64,000 bases of DNA from Myxococcales bacterium (GTDB taxonomy: Bacteria; Myxococcota_A; Polyangia; Fen-1088). This document shows, one piece after another, positions 18,643-27,765 of this stretch; the first letter of the stretch is position 1; every line of letters starts with the position of its first letter. The DNA is taken from assembly GCA_025350815.1 (NCBI GenBank), contig JANXXE010000006.1, forward strand, positions 31,909 to 95,908. Reading direction: 5' to 3'. A program made the translations under genes and the position numbers. A model generated the notes under the pieces. The model worked only from the letters and a program-made list of their open reading frames with translations, searched no databases and had not been told where the DNA came from.

Positions 18643-21201
18643 TCACCCCGCGGGGGACCTGCTGGACAGGGCCTCGATCGCCGCGGACAGAGCGCCGAGC
18701 GGCTGGACGATTCGCTCGTCGCGGATCAGGTGCAGCATGGCTGCCCGCCCTTCCTCGATCGCCCGGTTGTCGCGCGCGCGGGCATACGCGGCCCGCACCT
18801 GCTGAATCAGCGGCACGAACAACTCGGCGTCGGCATCGGGGATGTGACGCCCGAGCGTTCGTTCCACGAACCCACCCGCGAGGACGCCGCGCGCGTAGGC
18901 CGCAAAGCGGTTGAAGTTCTCGTCCACGGCAACGGGGGGACCATCGGCGGCGGCACGCAGCAGGATCTCCCGGCTGGCGGCCACCGCGTGCGCAAGTTCG
19001 TCCTCGAGCAAGTCGCGAAGGAAATCTCGGTCGCGCGAAGCGACGCGTCGCTCACCCAGCCAGCCGGGCGGATGCAGGAACTCGATCGATTCGCGGGCGG
19101 CCCGCGCAAATCCGTTCTGCAACCGCGCGGGAAGGGCCAAACGCTCGGCAGCGACAGCGCCCAGAAGGGCGGCCTCTTGGCCGTCGAGAATGCGAGCAGG
19201 TTGTGGGCCACCCGGCTGCGCCCCGGGCGACGACTCGGCGAGGGTGCCGGCTTCAGCCGCGAAGCGACGCAAGCAGGCGAGGGCGGAGCTGCGCTTGAGC
19301 GCGCGTGCCTGGGCGAAGAAGTGCTGGTCCAGATAAGTGACCACCGCCGGCAGTCCGCTGGCCGCCAGTGCCACGGGATCTCCGCGTGTGGTCGCCGCAA
19401 GAGCGTCCCGCGCAGACAACGGCAACAACGCCTCGATGACGCCGCCAAGGGCAGTCTCGATGTGGCGGCGCAACTGTTGAATTTCGTCAGCGCCCAGCTG
19501 ATCGACCTTGTTCAACACGCCGAGGATGCGTTTGCCCGATTGGCGCGCCTGGCCCAGCGCCTCGCGCTCGCTGGCCTTGGCGGCCTGGCCGGCAGCGAAC
19601 AGCCACACGATGGCATCCGCCTCAATCAAGAACGCCCGCGCGATGGGTGCGTGTTCGGCGCGCAGGGAATTCAAACCGGGGGTATCGATCACCTCCATGC
19701 GGCGAAGAAGCTCAAGCGGCGCAAATATTTCAACCGCACGCACCGCCGCCGCGTCCGTATCGACGAGGCCGCCCAGAAAGGCGCCCACTTCCGCCGCGAC
19801 CAGATCCCGAACACGCCCGTCGTGGTACAGCACGCGCCCAGCTGGGGCACCCAGGCGCAGGACGTTTATCGTTGCTGTGGTCGGCGTGACGCCGACGGGC
19901 GCCACCACCTGGCCACACAGGGCGTTGATGAAGGACGACTTGCCCGCGTTGAACTCGCCCATTACGGCAATCGAAAGCGGCCGATCGAAAGCCTGGACCG
20001 CGCGCGTGGCAGATGCCCGCAGGGGCGCAAGCTCGGGCGTGCGTTCGGCCAGATCCCGGGCGAAACCCAAAAGAGCGAGCAGATTGTCCTCAGGCGGCGC
20101 CCCGGGCGACAGCGCGCGGGCCAAAAAACGCCTTGCCCCGTCGGTCGGTGCCAACTGCCCCAGCGTCAACAGTTGCTCGATGCTGATGCGCCCCTCGACA
20201 AAGGCGCGCGCGCACAGAACGTTGTCGTCCCCGGCGGCTGCGTCCGCGACAACCCGCGCGAGGGCGGCCTGATCCTCGGCGCCGAGACACAGGCGGATAA
20301 GCGCTACCCCCGATAGCCGCCTCGACCGCAAGGCGGCCTGCAGCGCCTCGTCGTAGCGGCCGGCACGTTCCGAGACGACGCACCAGGCGGCAAGGACAGC
20401 CGGCGCATCGGCATCGAGGCGCAGGGCCTCGCCACCGACGACCGTTGCCTCGTCGATGCGTCCAGTTTCAGCGAGGTGGCGGGCCAGGGCCGCACCGAGA
20501 ATTGCGCGCGCACGAACACCGTTGGCACCGCCCTTGACCCCGGCGCGCGCCAGCGACTCGCGCAACAAGCGTTCGATGGCGGGGCTGGCGCGGGCCGCAG
20601 CAGCCGCCTCGACAATCAGGTCCACGGACGCGCCTGGCGCCTGCGCCGCACGCAACAACCACTGCCACGCCTCGGGATCGCCCGCAGCCGACATCGCGCG
20701 CCCGAGGTCGGCCGCAAGTCCCAGATCATTTGGGGCAAGCTCTGCGGCCTTGGTCAGCTCTTGCACCGCCTGGGCGGAAGCCCCGGCCTGCAGGGCCAAC
20801 CGACCCCGCCCCGCGTGCGCGCGCGCCCGACGGGGATTGTCGGTGGCCGATGACAAGACCCGCCGCAAGGCATCGCGGGCCGGTGCCGCACGACCGAGGC
20901 GGGCCAGAACTTCGCCCAGGCCCAACCACGCATCAATGGCGCCCGACGAGCGATCGACGGCGCGCCCGAAGGCCACCACGGCGCCGTCATCGTCGCCGCG
21001 CCGGACGCGCACTTCGCCCAGGGCCACGAAAACCTGCGCAACGTCGGGCCAGCGAATGCCCAACGCCACCAGACGCGCCTCCGCTTGCGCCAGTTCGCCC
21101 CGGTCAGCCTGGGCAAGGGCAACCGTTATTTCCTCGCGTACACCGTCGGGCGCGGCATCGGCCCCGCTTAGCGTCGCAGTCAGCCGATCAAGCAAACCCA
21201 T
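18643..21201 (-). CDS. TPR-domain dynamin-like GTPase
   Basis: N-terminal TPR array; G1 GEFNAGKSS, G2 GVTPTT, G3 DTPG, G4 NKVD. Confidence 0.85.
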   Translation of the reverse strand: MGLLDRLTATLSGADAAPDGVREEITVALAQADRGELAQAEARLVALGIRWPDVAQVFVALGEVRVRRGDDDGAVVAFGRAVDRSSGAIDAWLGLGEVLARLGRAAPARDALRRVLSSATDNPRRARAHAGRGRLALQAGASAQAVQELTKAAELAPNDLGLAADLGRAMSAAGDPEAWQWLLRAAQAPGASVDLIVEAAAAARASPAIERLLRESLARAGVKGGANGVRARAILGAALARHLAETGRIDEATVVGGEALRLDADAPAVLAAWCVVSERAGRYDEALQAALRSRRLSGVALIRLCLGAEDQAALARVVADAAAGDDNVLCARAFVEGRISIEQLLTLGQLAPTDGARRFLARALSPGAPPEDNLLALLGFARDLAERTPELAPLRASATRAVQAFDRPLSIAVMGEFNAGKSSFINALCGQVVAPVGVTPTTATINVLRLGAPAGRVLYHDGRVRDLVAAEVGAFLGGLVDTDAAAVRAVEIFAPLELLRRMEVIDTPGLNSLRAEHAPIARAFLIEADAIVWLFAAGQAAKASEREALGQARQSGKRILGVLNKVDQLGADEIQQLRRHIETALGGVIEALLPLSARDALAATTRGDPVALAASGLPAVVTYLDQHFFAQARALKRSSALACLRRFAAEAGTLAESSPGAQPGGPQPARILDGQEAALLGAVAAERLALPARLQNGFARAARESIEFLHPPGWLGERRVASRDRDFLRDLLEDELAHAVAASREILLRAAADGPPVAVDENFNRFAAYARGVLAGGFVERTLGRHIPDADAELFVPLIQQVRAAYARARDNRAIEEGRAAMLHLIRDERIVQPLGALSAAIEALSSRSPAG

Positions 21202-21204
21202 GCC

Positions 21205-22731
21205 TTACCTGTGTGGCTCCCAGATGCCACGCAGGAACGCGAACGTCCGCTCTTCTTCGGTATCGAAGCGGCGACCCGGAAGACTGAGCACGAAAATCAC
21301 CAGCGCCGCCACGCCAAGCGCGATGAGCGCCGTCCGCAGGCGATGCCGGGGCGCGCGCAGGGCGAACACGCCGGCGGCGGCGAACACGATGCCGGCGGGC
21401 AAGAGCGACGGCAATCCGCGCAGGCCCAGCGCCGTGCCAAGTCCGTGGGGCGCGAAGCCTTCTTTCAACAGCCGCCAGGCCACATCGAACAGGGGGTTGT
21501 TGAACTGCACCGGGTAATGGGGGAACAGCACGCCCGAGACGCCGCACGTGACGACCGAGGCGACGACCAGGCCTGCCAGCCCCGCCGACAGTACCGGCCG
21601 TGGCCCCCACCAGTCTTTCCAGGTCAGCGCGATGGCCCACGCCAAGAAGGGCACCACCGCTGCGATGTAGCGCGGCCCGCCGGCGCACCAGCCACCGCGC
21701 CAGTTGGTCATGCCACACAGAAAGACGGCCATGGCGCACGTGACGGCCAGGACCGTGGCGTGGGCCCTGTCGCCCGTACGAACGGTCTTCACGACGGCGG
21801 CGACAAGTCCCGGCGCCAAAAACGGCGAAAAGATGAACAGGCCATAGTCCACATCGAAGAACGCCGCCTTCAGCACCTTGGCGCGCGGGCGGCCGAGGCC
21901 GAAGAAACCCTGTGTATGGGAAAGGCGAAAATTGTCATCGTCGATGTGGCCATAGGGAAATTCCCAGGGCTTGCCGAACAAGGCCGTGTGGTACAGGCCC
22001 AGTAGCACCGCCGGACCCAGCGCGCCCAGCAAGAAGAATCCTGCGCGCCGCTTGTGACGAACGGCCGCGAAGACTGTCAGGATCGCGGCCGCAAACAGCG
22101 TCTGATATTCGAACACCACGGCGAGGCCGGCCAAGAGACCTGCGACGATCAATCGACGATTCGACTGCTCGCCGCTGCGGGCGTCGGCGATGAACAAGAA
22201 GCTGCTGAAGATTGCGGCCGCGCTCGGGGCGTGGCCGACGAAGCCGACGCCGTAGGTGTACATCATCGTGCCAAGGCCGAGCCCGACCACCAGCAGATCG
22301 CGCGCCCACGGTGAGCCTGTTTCGCGTTCGACTTGTCGGGCGAAAAACAACAAGAAAAGACACAGCGGCAGCGCCACTGCGAACACGCGCAGTGTCCAGG
22401 TCACCTCGCGCACCGAAGGCGATTGTCCTGTCAGAAGCCGCGACAGCCGATCGTGAACAAACATCACCGGCACGCCGAGCAGTGACGTCCCCGGTGCCTT
22501 GCTGGAATAAAGCCGCGTGCCGAAGGACGCGCGGTCCGCGACCTCGCCCCATTCGGCCTGCACGTCATTGATGGCGAACGTGCCGTGCGCGACGATCGCG
22601 CGCGTCATCCAGATGCGCACGTTCTCGTTGGGATTGTTCAGCTTGGGAAAATACGGAAAGACGATCAGATACGCGACAGCCACGCACAGCCAGGCGGCGT
22701 GGCGGCGCAGGACGGTTTCGTTCCCCGTCAC
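21205..22731 (-). CDS. Multi-TM protein, GT-C (PMT/ArnT-like) glycosyltransferase-like
   Basis: About a dozen hydrophobic segments; loop after TM1 NPNE..R...D...YSSKAPG; GLFIFSPF; W.GGW..GPRY. Confidence 0.6.
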   Translation of the reverse strand: MTGNETVLRRHAAWLCVAVAYLIVFPYFPKLNNPNENVRIWMTRAIVAHGTFAINDVQAEWGEVADRASFGTRLYSSKAPGTSLLGVPVMFVHDRLSRLLTGQSPSVREVTWTLRVFAVALPLCLFLLFFARQVERETGSPWARDLLVVGLGLGTMMYTYGVGFVGHAPSAAAIFSSFLFIADARSGEQSNRRLIVAGLLAGLAVVFEYQTLFAAAILTVFAAVRHKRRAGFFLLGALGPAVLLGLYHTALFGKPWEFPYGHIDDDNFRLSHTQGFFGLGRPRAKVLKAAFFDVDYGLFIFSPFLAPGLVAAVVKTVRTGDRAHATVLAVTCAMAVFLCGMTNWRGGWCAGGPRYIAAVVPFLAWAIALTWKDWWGPRPVLSAGLAGLVVASVVTCGVSGVLFPHYPVQFNNPLFDVAWRLLKEGFAPHGLGTALGLRGLPSLLPAGIVFAAAGVFALRAPRHRLRTALIALGVAALVIFVLSLPGRRFDTEEERTFAFLRGIWEPHR

Positions 22732-22734
22732 GCG

Positions 22735-24546
22735 CTAGCCCTCGGCCCCGACGTCGGGGGCCAGCTCGGTCTGCTGCCACAGGGCTTGCCGGATGTCTGC
22801 GATTTGCTCGTCGACGGCCTTGAGTCCGCGTTCCGATTCGTCGATCGAGGCGGCGACTGGCGTGCCAGCGACAGTGGCGTCGTGTTTGAGGCGCTCGTCA
22901 AGCGCACGCGCCAACACCTCGGCAATTCCGCGCGCCAGCGCAGAGCCCGCTTCGGCAACGAAGTCGTTCAGGCGCGCCGCGAAGCCATCGATGATCTCGT
23001 CGAGCTTGGGCGCCAGCAGGGCGGCCACGCGGCGAACGGACGCGGGCGCCTGCCGTTTCGCCTCGGCCTTGATTTCCTGCGCCACCCGCGCGCGCAAGAT
23101 GACGGCCAGGATGGGCACCGCCAGGGTCAGCAAACCGCCGACCAGCGTGTTCACGAATAGAAAGACCGTCGTGCCCAGCGCGCCGAGGGCAAAGATCGAG
23201 GCATCGTAACGGAAGCCATCAACGCCGATCGCGACGCGCGATTCCCCCACGGCCAACTCGGCGGCAACATCGTTCGTCAGCCGCGCGGCGCTCTCATTGG
23301 CGACCTCGATGACCGTCTGGGCCAGGCGCTCAAGCTCGGCCGCCACCACCGCGCCTTCCGCTTCAAGCCAGCTTTTCCAGGTGTCCTGGACAAACGCGCC
23401 CAGGTAACGCTGGATGTCCGGCGCCGTCGCTGCGTCGATCTGCGCCGGCAACACCTGGACAAACTCGTCAGTGAACGCCACCAAATCCTGGCGGACCCGC
23501 GCTTTTAGCCCGGTGGTTTCCGCCCGGATGGTGGCCGCCGCCCGGTCGAACGCGTGCCGCCCGGCCTTGAAGCGATCTTCGGCCCGCGCCACCCGCTCGG
23601 CCAGTTCGGGCAGCGGCAAGTCCAGTGTCCGCCGGCGCATGGCCAGACTTTGGCGCACAAAACCTGACAGCCGCCCGGCATCGGCAAGCGCGTGATCGAA
23701 GACCAGCCGGCGCCGATCGCGACCCACGATCGCCTTCAGATGGGCGAAAAGCGGGATCATTCCCGAGCCCTCGACATCACCGGCCAGCGCCCGCCTGGCC
23801 GCGATGGGAAACAGCGGCGGCTCGGGCACGATTTCGCCCAGGTGGCGGCGGGCAAATGCCAGCGCCTCGGCAAGCTCGGCGGGCTCCAGCAGGTCGGCCT
23901 TGGTGATCACGAAGACCAGCCGGTCACGGGCCGAACGCAGGATTCGTTCTTCCAGGAACTGGCGTTCCGAGGCCGTCAGGATTTGTGTCGCGTCCAGCAG
24001 GAAGACTGCGGCGTCGGCGCGCGGCACGTAGCCATACGTGATGTCGGCGCGTTGGTCGTTGATGTCGTTGACCCCGGGCGTGTCGACCAGCGTGAGGTGG
24101 TCGCGCAAAAAAGCGGCAGGATGCCGGATGTCGAGATGGTCCAGTTCGGCGCCGTCACTGCGTCCGGCAGCCGCTTGCCCGTCGACGGTCAGCCAGTCGA
24201 CCAGCTGCCGCGGCTCCAGCGCGCGCCGCTCGCCGCCGGCGAATACCGCCTCCACGCTGAACGATGCCCCATACTGAATGTGGGCGATGGCGGCCGTCGT
24301 CGGCGTGATGCCGACCGGCAGGACAGGCGCCCCCAGCAACGCATTGATGAAGGTGGATTTGCCGTGGTTGAACTCGCCCAGGACCACCAGCGAAAAACGT
24401 TCGTCTTCAAGCTTGGGCAGACGGGTCGTCCGGATATCGCGCGCCACGGAATAAAGGCCGGCGGCATGGGCCACGTCCGCCAGGTCTTCGAGTACCCCAC
24501 GGATGGCGATTTTTTGTGCCTCCAGCGTTCCTGCGCGGGCGCTCAT
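22735..24546 (-). CDS. Bacterial dynamin-like protein with membrane hairpin
   Basis: GEFNHGKST, GITPTT, DTPG, TKAD; hydrophobic IFALGALGTTVFLFVNTLVGGLLTLAVPILAVIL; true start ATG 24546 (ATGA overlap). Confidence 0.9.
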   Translation of the reverse strand: MSARAGTLEAQKIAIRGVLEDLADVAHAAGLYSVARDIRTTRLPKLEDERFSLVVLGEFNHGKSTFINALLGAPVLPVGITPTTAAIAHIQYGASFSVEAVFAGGERRALEPRQLVDWLTVDGQAAAGRSDGAELDHLDIRHPAAFLRDHLTLVDTPGVNDINDQRADITYGYVPRADAAVFLLDATQILTASERQFLEERILRSARDRLVFVITKADLLEPAELAEALAFARRHLGEIVPEPPLFPIAARRALAGDVEGSGMIPLFAHLKAIVGRDRRRLVFDHALADAGRLSGFVRQSLAMRRRTLDLPLPELAERVARAEDRFKAGRHAFDRAAATIRAETTGLKARVRQDLVAFTDEFVQVLPAQIDAATAPDIQRYLGAFVQDTWKSWLEAEGAVVAAELERLAQTVIEVANESAARLTNDVAAELAVGESRVAIGVDGFRYDASIFALGALGTTVFLFVNTLVGGLLTLAVPILAVILRARVAQEIKAEAKRQAPASVRRVAALLAPKLDEIIDGFAARLNDFVAEAGSALARGIAEVLARALDERLKHDATVAGTPVAASIDESERGLKAVDEQIADIRQALWQQTELAPDVGAEG

Positions 24547-25337
24547 GTGACAGCCGCCAGCAACCGGGCGACCTGGGCGTCGCAGTCGTCCATCGACAAG
24601 GCCGGCGGGCCCGCAGCGTCTTCTTGTCCGAGTCCGCTGCGATAGAAGGTCGTCGCCGCAAACAGCTTCAGCGCCGCGACCCGCGGCCCCGGGGCGGCCG
24701 TCAGCTTGACCAGAGCAGCCGTCGTCGCCTCGAGATCCCTGGTGCACAGCAGGCTGGCGCGGTCGCAGGTGATCACGGCCCGCCGCGCCCAGCCGAGCAA
24801 CGCCAGCACCGCCGGACGGGCCGCCCAGCGCACGACAAGGCCGCCCGTCGTTTGCAGGAAGTGCAGGGCCGAGAGGTACACCGCGTGGCCGTTGTGGATG
24901 TGCCCGCACTGCTGGCCGATGACCGACAGCAGTTCGGTATCGGACAGGCGATCGATGAGCGAACCGTCGACAACGACGACCGCATCGTCGGCCGCCCCCA
25001 GCGTGCGCGCGGTCAAACTGCCAAGGCCGGGGGCCACATAGACGCCGGGCACGGGGATTTGAAGAACGTCCGCGCAGTGTTCGACCAGGCGCTGGATTTG
25101 CGGGAACTGCCGGTCGCTGACGCGCACCGCGCTGGCCAGCAATTGAGTGCGGCCCGCGGTCTGCCAAAAGCGGGCACCGGCCTGCACCGCCAGCATCACC
25201 GGCGGCACCTTTTCGATCGTGGCGCGTACGCCCCGATCGCCGGCGTAGGCGTAGACCGCCCCCTGACGCGCGCGCGCCGACGCCTCACCCTTGCGGGCGG
25301 CGACGTAACGGCCAAACGAGATATCGGGCTTGGTCAT
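24543..25337 (-). CDS. M48 (HtpX/Ste24-like) peptidase homolog, predicted inactive
   Basis: VRVS.RQFP.I..LV..CA..L.IP.P.VYV; EL.SVIG-QQCGH-I in place of HExxH; W.RRA-V-ITCDRA in place of AE..CDRA. Confidence 0.75.
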   Translation of the reverse strand: MTKPDISFGRYVAARKGEASARARQGAVYAYAGDRGVRATIEKVPPVMLAVQAGARFWQTAGRTQLLASAVRVSDRQFPQIQRLVEHCADVLQIPVPGVYVAPGLGSLTARTLGAADDAVVVVDGSLIDRLSDTELLSVIGQQCGHIHNGHAVYLSALHFLQTTGGLVVRWAARPAVLALLGWARRAVITCDRASLLCTRDLEATTAALVKLTAAPGPRVAALKLFAATTFYRSGLGQEDAAGPPALSMDDCDAQVARLLAAVT

Positions 25338-25409
25338 TTCGGCCTGAGCCAGCCGCGTCAGCGGTGGGCGACCATGATAGCGCACGGCCGGGGTGCTTCT
25401 GGCTGTACA

Positions 25410-25925
25410 ATGGCGGATCTCATGTCGCCGCTGTCCCCTGCGCCCCTTGCCGTCGCTGCCCCGCCCGAAGTGTCTCCCAACGCGGAGGCTTTCATGCGCC
25501 GGGCGCTCGAGATAGCGGGCGAGGCCGCGCTGCGCGGGGAAGTGCCGGTCGGTGCCCTGGTCGTCGTGCGCGGCGAAGTCGTCGCGGTCGCCCACAACGA
25601 GCGCGAAACCCTGAACGATCCCACCGCGCATGCTGAGATCGTGGCTCTGCGGCGGGCGGCGGCGGCGCTGGGAAGCTGGCGCCTGGTCGACGCCGAGCTG
25701 TTCGTCACCATGGAACCGTGCCCGATGTGCGCGGGGGCCCTGGTCAACGCACGTCTGCGCCGCGTGGTGTATGGCTGCGACGATCCCAAGGCCGGCGCCG
25801 TGCGCACGCTGTACCGGCTGCTCGATGATCCGCGACTGAACCACCGGGTCGAGGTCGTTCCGGGCGTCCTCGCCGCCGAAAGCGCCGCCTTGCTGCGTTC
25901 GTTCTTCTCCCGCCTGCGCCGCTGA
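25410..25925 (+). CDS. tadA: tRNA adenosine(34) deaminase
   Basis: EVPVGA; DPTAHAE; EPCPMCAGA; DPKAGA; LNH; start 25410 or 25422. Confidence 0.9.
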   Translation: MADLMSPLSPAPLAVAAPPEVSPNAEAFMRRALEIAGEAALRGEVPVGALVVVRGEVVAVAHNERETLNDPTAHAEIVALRRAAAALGSWRLVDAELFVTMEPCPMCAGALVNARLRRVVYGCDDPKAGAVRTLYRLLDDPRLNHRVEVVPGVLAAESAALLRSFFSRLRR

Positions 25926-25928
25926 CGT

Positions 25929-26687
25929 TCAGCGCGCCGGCGCGGTACGGGCCGTGATGGTCGGGTCGGTGCGGCCGCGCAGCTCGCGCGCGCGCAAATC
26001 CGATATCGCCCGCGACAACGCCCCGGCGATCTTGTCCCAGCCCGCTTCAGTGGCCAGGAAATTGCCGTCCTGCGGGTGATCGAGAAAGCCGACCTCGACC
26101 AGCACCGCCGGCATCTTGAGACCTTGCAAAACGTCCAGCTTCGCACCCGCCTGCTTGATGCCACGGTCGCGATCCGATCCCAGGGCATCGGCCATTTGCC
26201 ATTCGATTCGCTGGGCCGCAGCCAGACTCTCGACGGCGGTCGCGCGCACCTGATGGGCCGCCCAGGCCCCGTCGACCGGCGATGCAGGCGCGATGGCCGC
26301 CAGGCCCGCGTCGTGATCCACGCCCTGCACCGGCAGGACATAGATCTCGAAGCCCCGCTGCATCCCACGCGAGGGCCCAAACGGCGACGCGTTCGTGTGG
26401 ATGCTGACGAACAGCCGCGCGCCGGCCTCGTTGCCACAGCGAACCCGCGCGTTGATGGGGACCAGAACGTCGGCCTCGCGGCACAGGACCACACGCAGGC
26501 CGCGCTCGGCCAGCAGATTCCTGCGAACGCGCCGGGCGATTTCTAGCGTCACGTGCTTTTCGTACAGCCCCTTGCGCAGGCCCTCGCCGCCGCAGTTCTT
26601 TCCGCCGTGTCCCGGGTCGACGGCCACAGTGAACCCCGCACCAGCCGGGGCCAACGCCAGCCAGCCAAGGACAAGCGCGGCGATCAC
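25929..26687 (-). CDS. N-acetylmuramoyl-L-alanine amidase (Amidase_3)
   Basis: Signal peptide; DPGHGG; EK.VTL; FVSIHTN; LVEVGFL. Confidence 0.9.
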   Translation of the reverse strand: MIAALVLGWLALAPAGAGFTVAVDPGHGGKNCGGEGLRKGLYEKHVTLEIARRVRRNLLAERGLRVVLCREADVLVPINARVRCGNEAGARLFVSIHTNASPFGPSRGMQRGFEIYVLPVQGVDHDAGLAAIAPASPVDGAWAAHQVRATAVESLAAAQRIEWQMADALGSDRDRGIKQAGAKLDVLQGLKMPAVLVEVGFLDHPQDGNFLATEAGWDKIAGALSRAISDLRARELRGRTDPTITARTAPAR

Positions 26688-26770
26688 CGACCCAAGATAT
26701 CACGCACGCTACGACGCCGGCTGCTGGAACAAAGGGGCGGCCCGCGTCCACGCGGCCTATACTGGCGGCG

Positions 26771-27751
26771 ATGAACGGGCGGCGCCTCAACCTCACGGCC
26801 GTCCTGGCCCTGCTGGCCGTGCTTGAGCTCGTCATCAACCGCATCGTGGGACACCTCTTCGTCCCGATGTCCCGCGCGAACACGCTGCCGGGTTCGGTGC
26901 TCGGCGAGACAGGGACCTTCTTGTTCTACCTGGTCGGCGTCCTGGGCCTATGGCTCTTCGCCGCGGGCCTCACCGGACTTTTGCTCAGACGGGAATTTTT
27001 CCCGCAGACCGTGCGTCTGACCGCCGCTCTGTTTGGCCTTTTCTTTGTGTTCTTCGCCGGCCCCGGCACCGTCTTTGGCCAGCTGCCACCGAGATTGTTC
27101 GTCCACCTGCAGACCAGCCAGGGATTTGTCGCGTGGACGCTGGCGCTCGCATGCTGGCGAAACGTCGCCCCTTTGCGCGCCAAGGTGGGCGTGACGCTAT
27201 TTGCCCTGCCCAGCATCCTGCACGCAGCCGGTTTATTTGGCGCCCAGATGGGCTGGGGCCGGGGCGAACAACTGGCTGCGGATCTGTTTTCCGCAAGCGA
27301 GCTGGTCGGGCTGTTCGCGGGCGCGGCCTCGCCGGTATTGCTGTCACCGCGGCCCTTCGCAGGGTCAGCGCGGGCGCTTGCGCTGACCTGGTGTGCGGGC
27401 GCCGCCGTGCTGGGGCTGCTGGTGGCGGGCCTGGTCGCCAACTTCGAACTGATCCAAATGATGGCGCTTTACGGCTTGCGACTGGACATTCCGCCGTTGC
27501 GATCGGCCCAGGCGATCCTTTACCTGGCATTGCTGGCCGTGTCTGCCTGGGGCCTCACCACCTGCATCTTGCAATGCCTTGTCACCCCGGGTGGCACGCG
27601 CCTGGCCGGCTACGGGCTGATTCTGGTGGCCAGCGCCGGCCACCAGGTATCCACCGTCAGCCAGCTGGTTTTGGCCGCAGCGGGGCTGGTTGCGTTGGCG
27701 GTCGGGACGGCGCGCGCCGCACACCCAGCGGCCGCCCGATTCGCAACCTGA
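26771..27751 (+). CDS. Hypothetical integral membrane protein
   Basis: About 10 hydrophobic segments, no recognised motif. Confidence 0.6.
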   Translation: MNGRRLNLTAVLALLAVLELVINRIVGHLFVPMSRANTLPGSVLGETGTFLFYLVGVLGLWLFAAGLTGLLLRREFFPQTVRLTAALFGLFFVFFAGPGTVFGQLPPRLFVHLQTSQGFVAWTLALACWRNVAPLRAKVGVTLFALPSILHAAGLFGAQMGWGRGEQLAADLFSASELVGLFAGAASPVLLSPRPFAGSARALALTWCAGAAVLGLLVAGLVANFELIQMMALYGLRLDIPPLRSAQAILYLALLAVSAWGLTTCILQCLVTPGGTRLAGYGLILVASAGHQVSTVSQLVLAAAGLVALAVGTARAAHPAAARFAT

Positions 27752-27765
27752 TTACAACCTGATTA
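27744..27765. repeat. Perfect 11-bp tandem duplication CAACCTGATTA x2 over convergent stop codons
   Basis: 27744-27754 = 27755-27765. Confidence 0.9.

Noticed and set aside
22735-25167. 810-aa version of the dynamin ORF, and similarly extended ORFs 24516-25925, 29354-30862, 32080-33315, 60114-62135
   Set aside because: Extensions overlap real neighbouring genes and are stop-poor high-GC read-through; internal starts fit better
25410-25925. Deaminase beside the dynamin operon as a possible anti-phage effector
   Set aside because: Canonical housekeeping TadA motifs and divergent transcription
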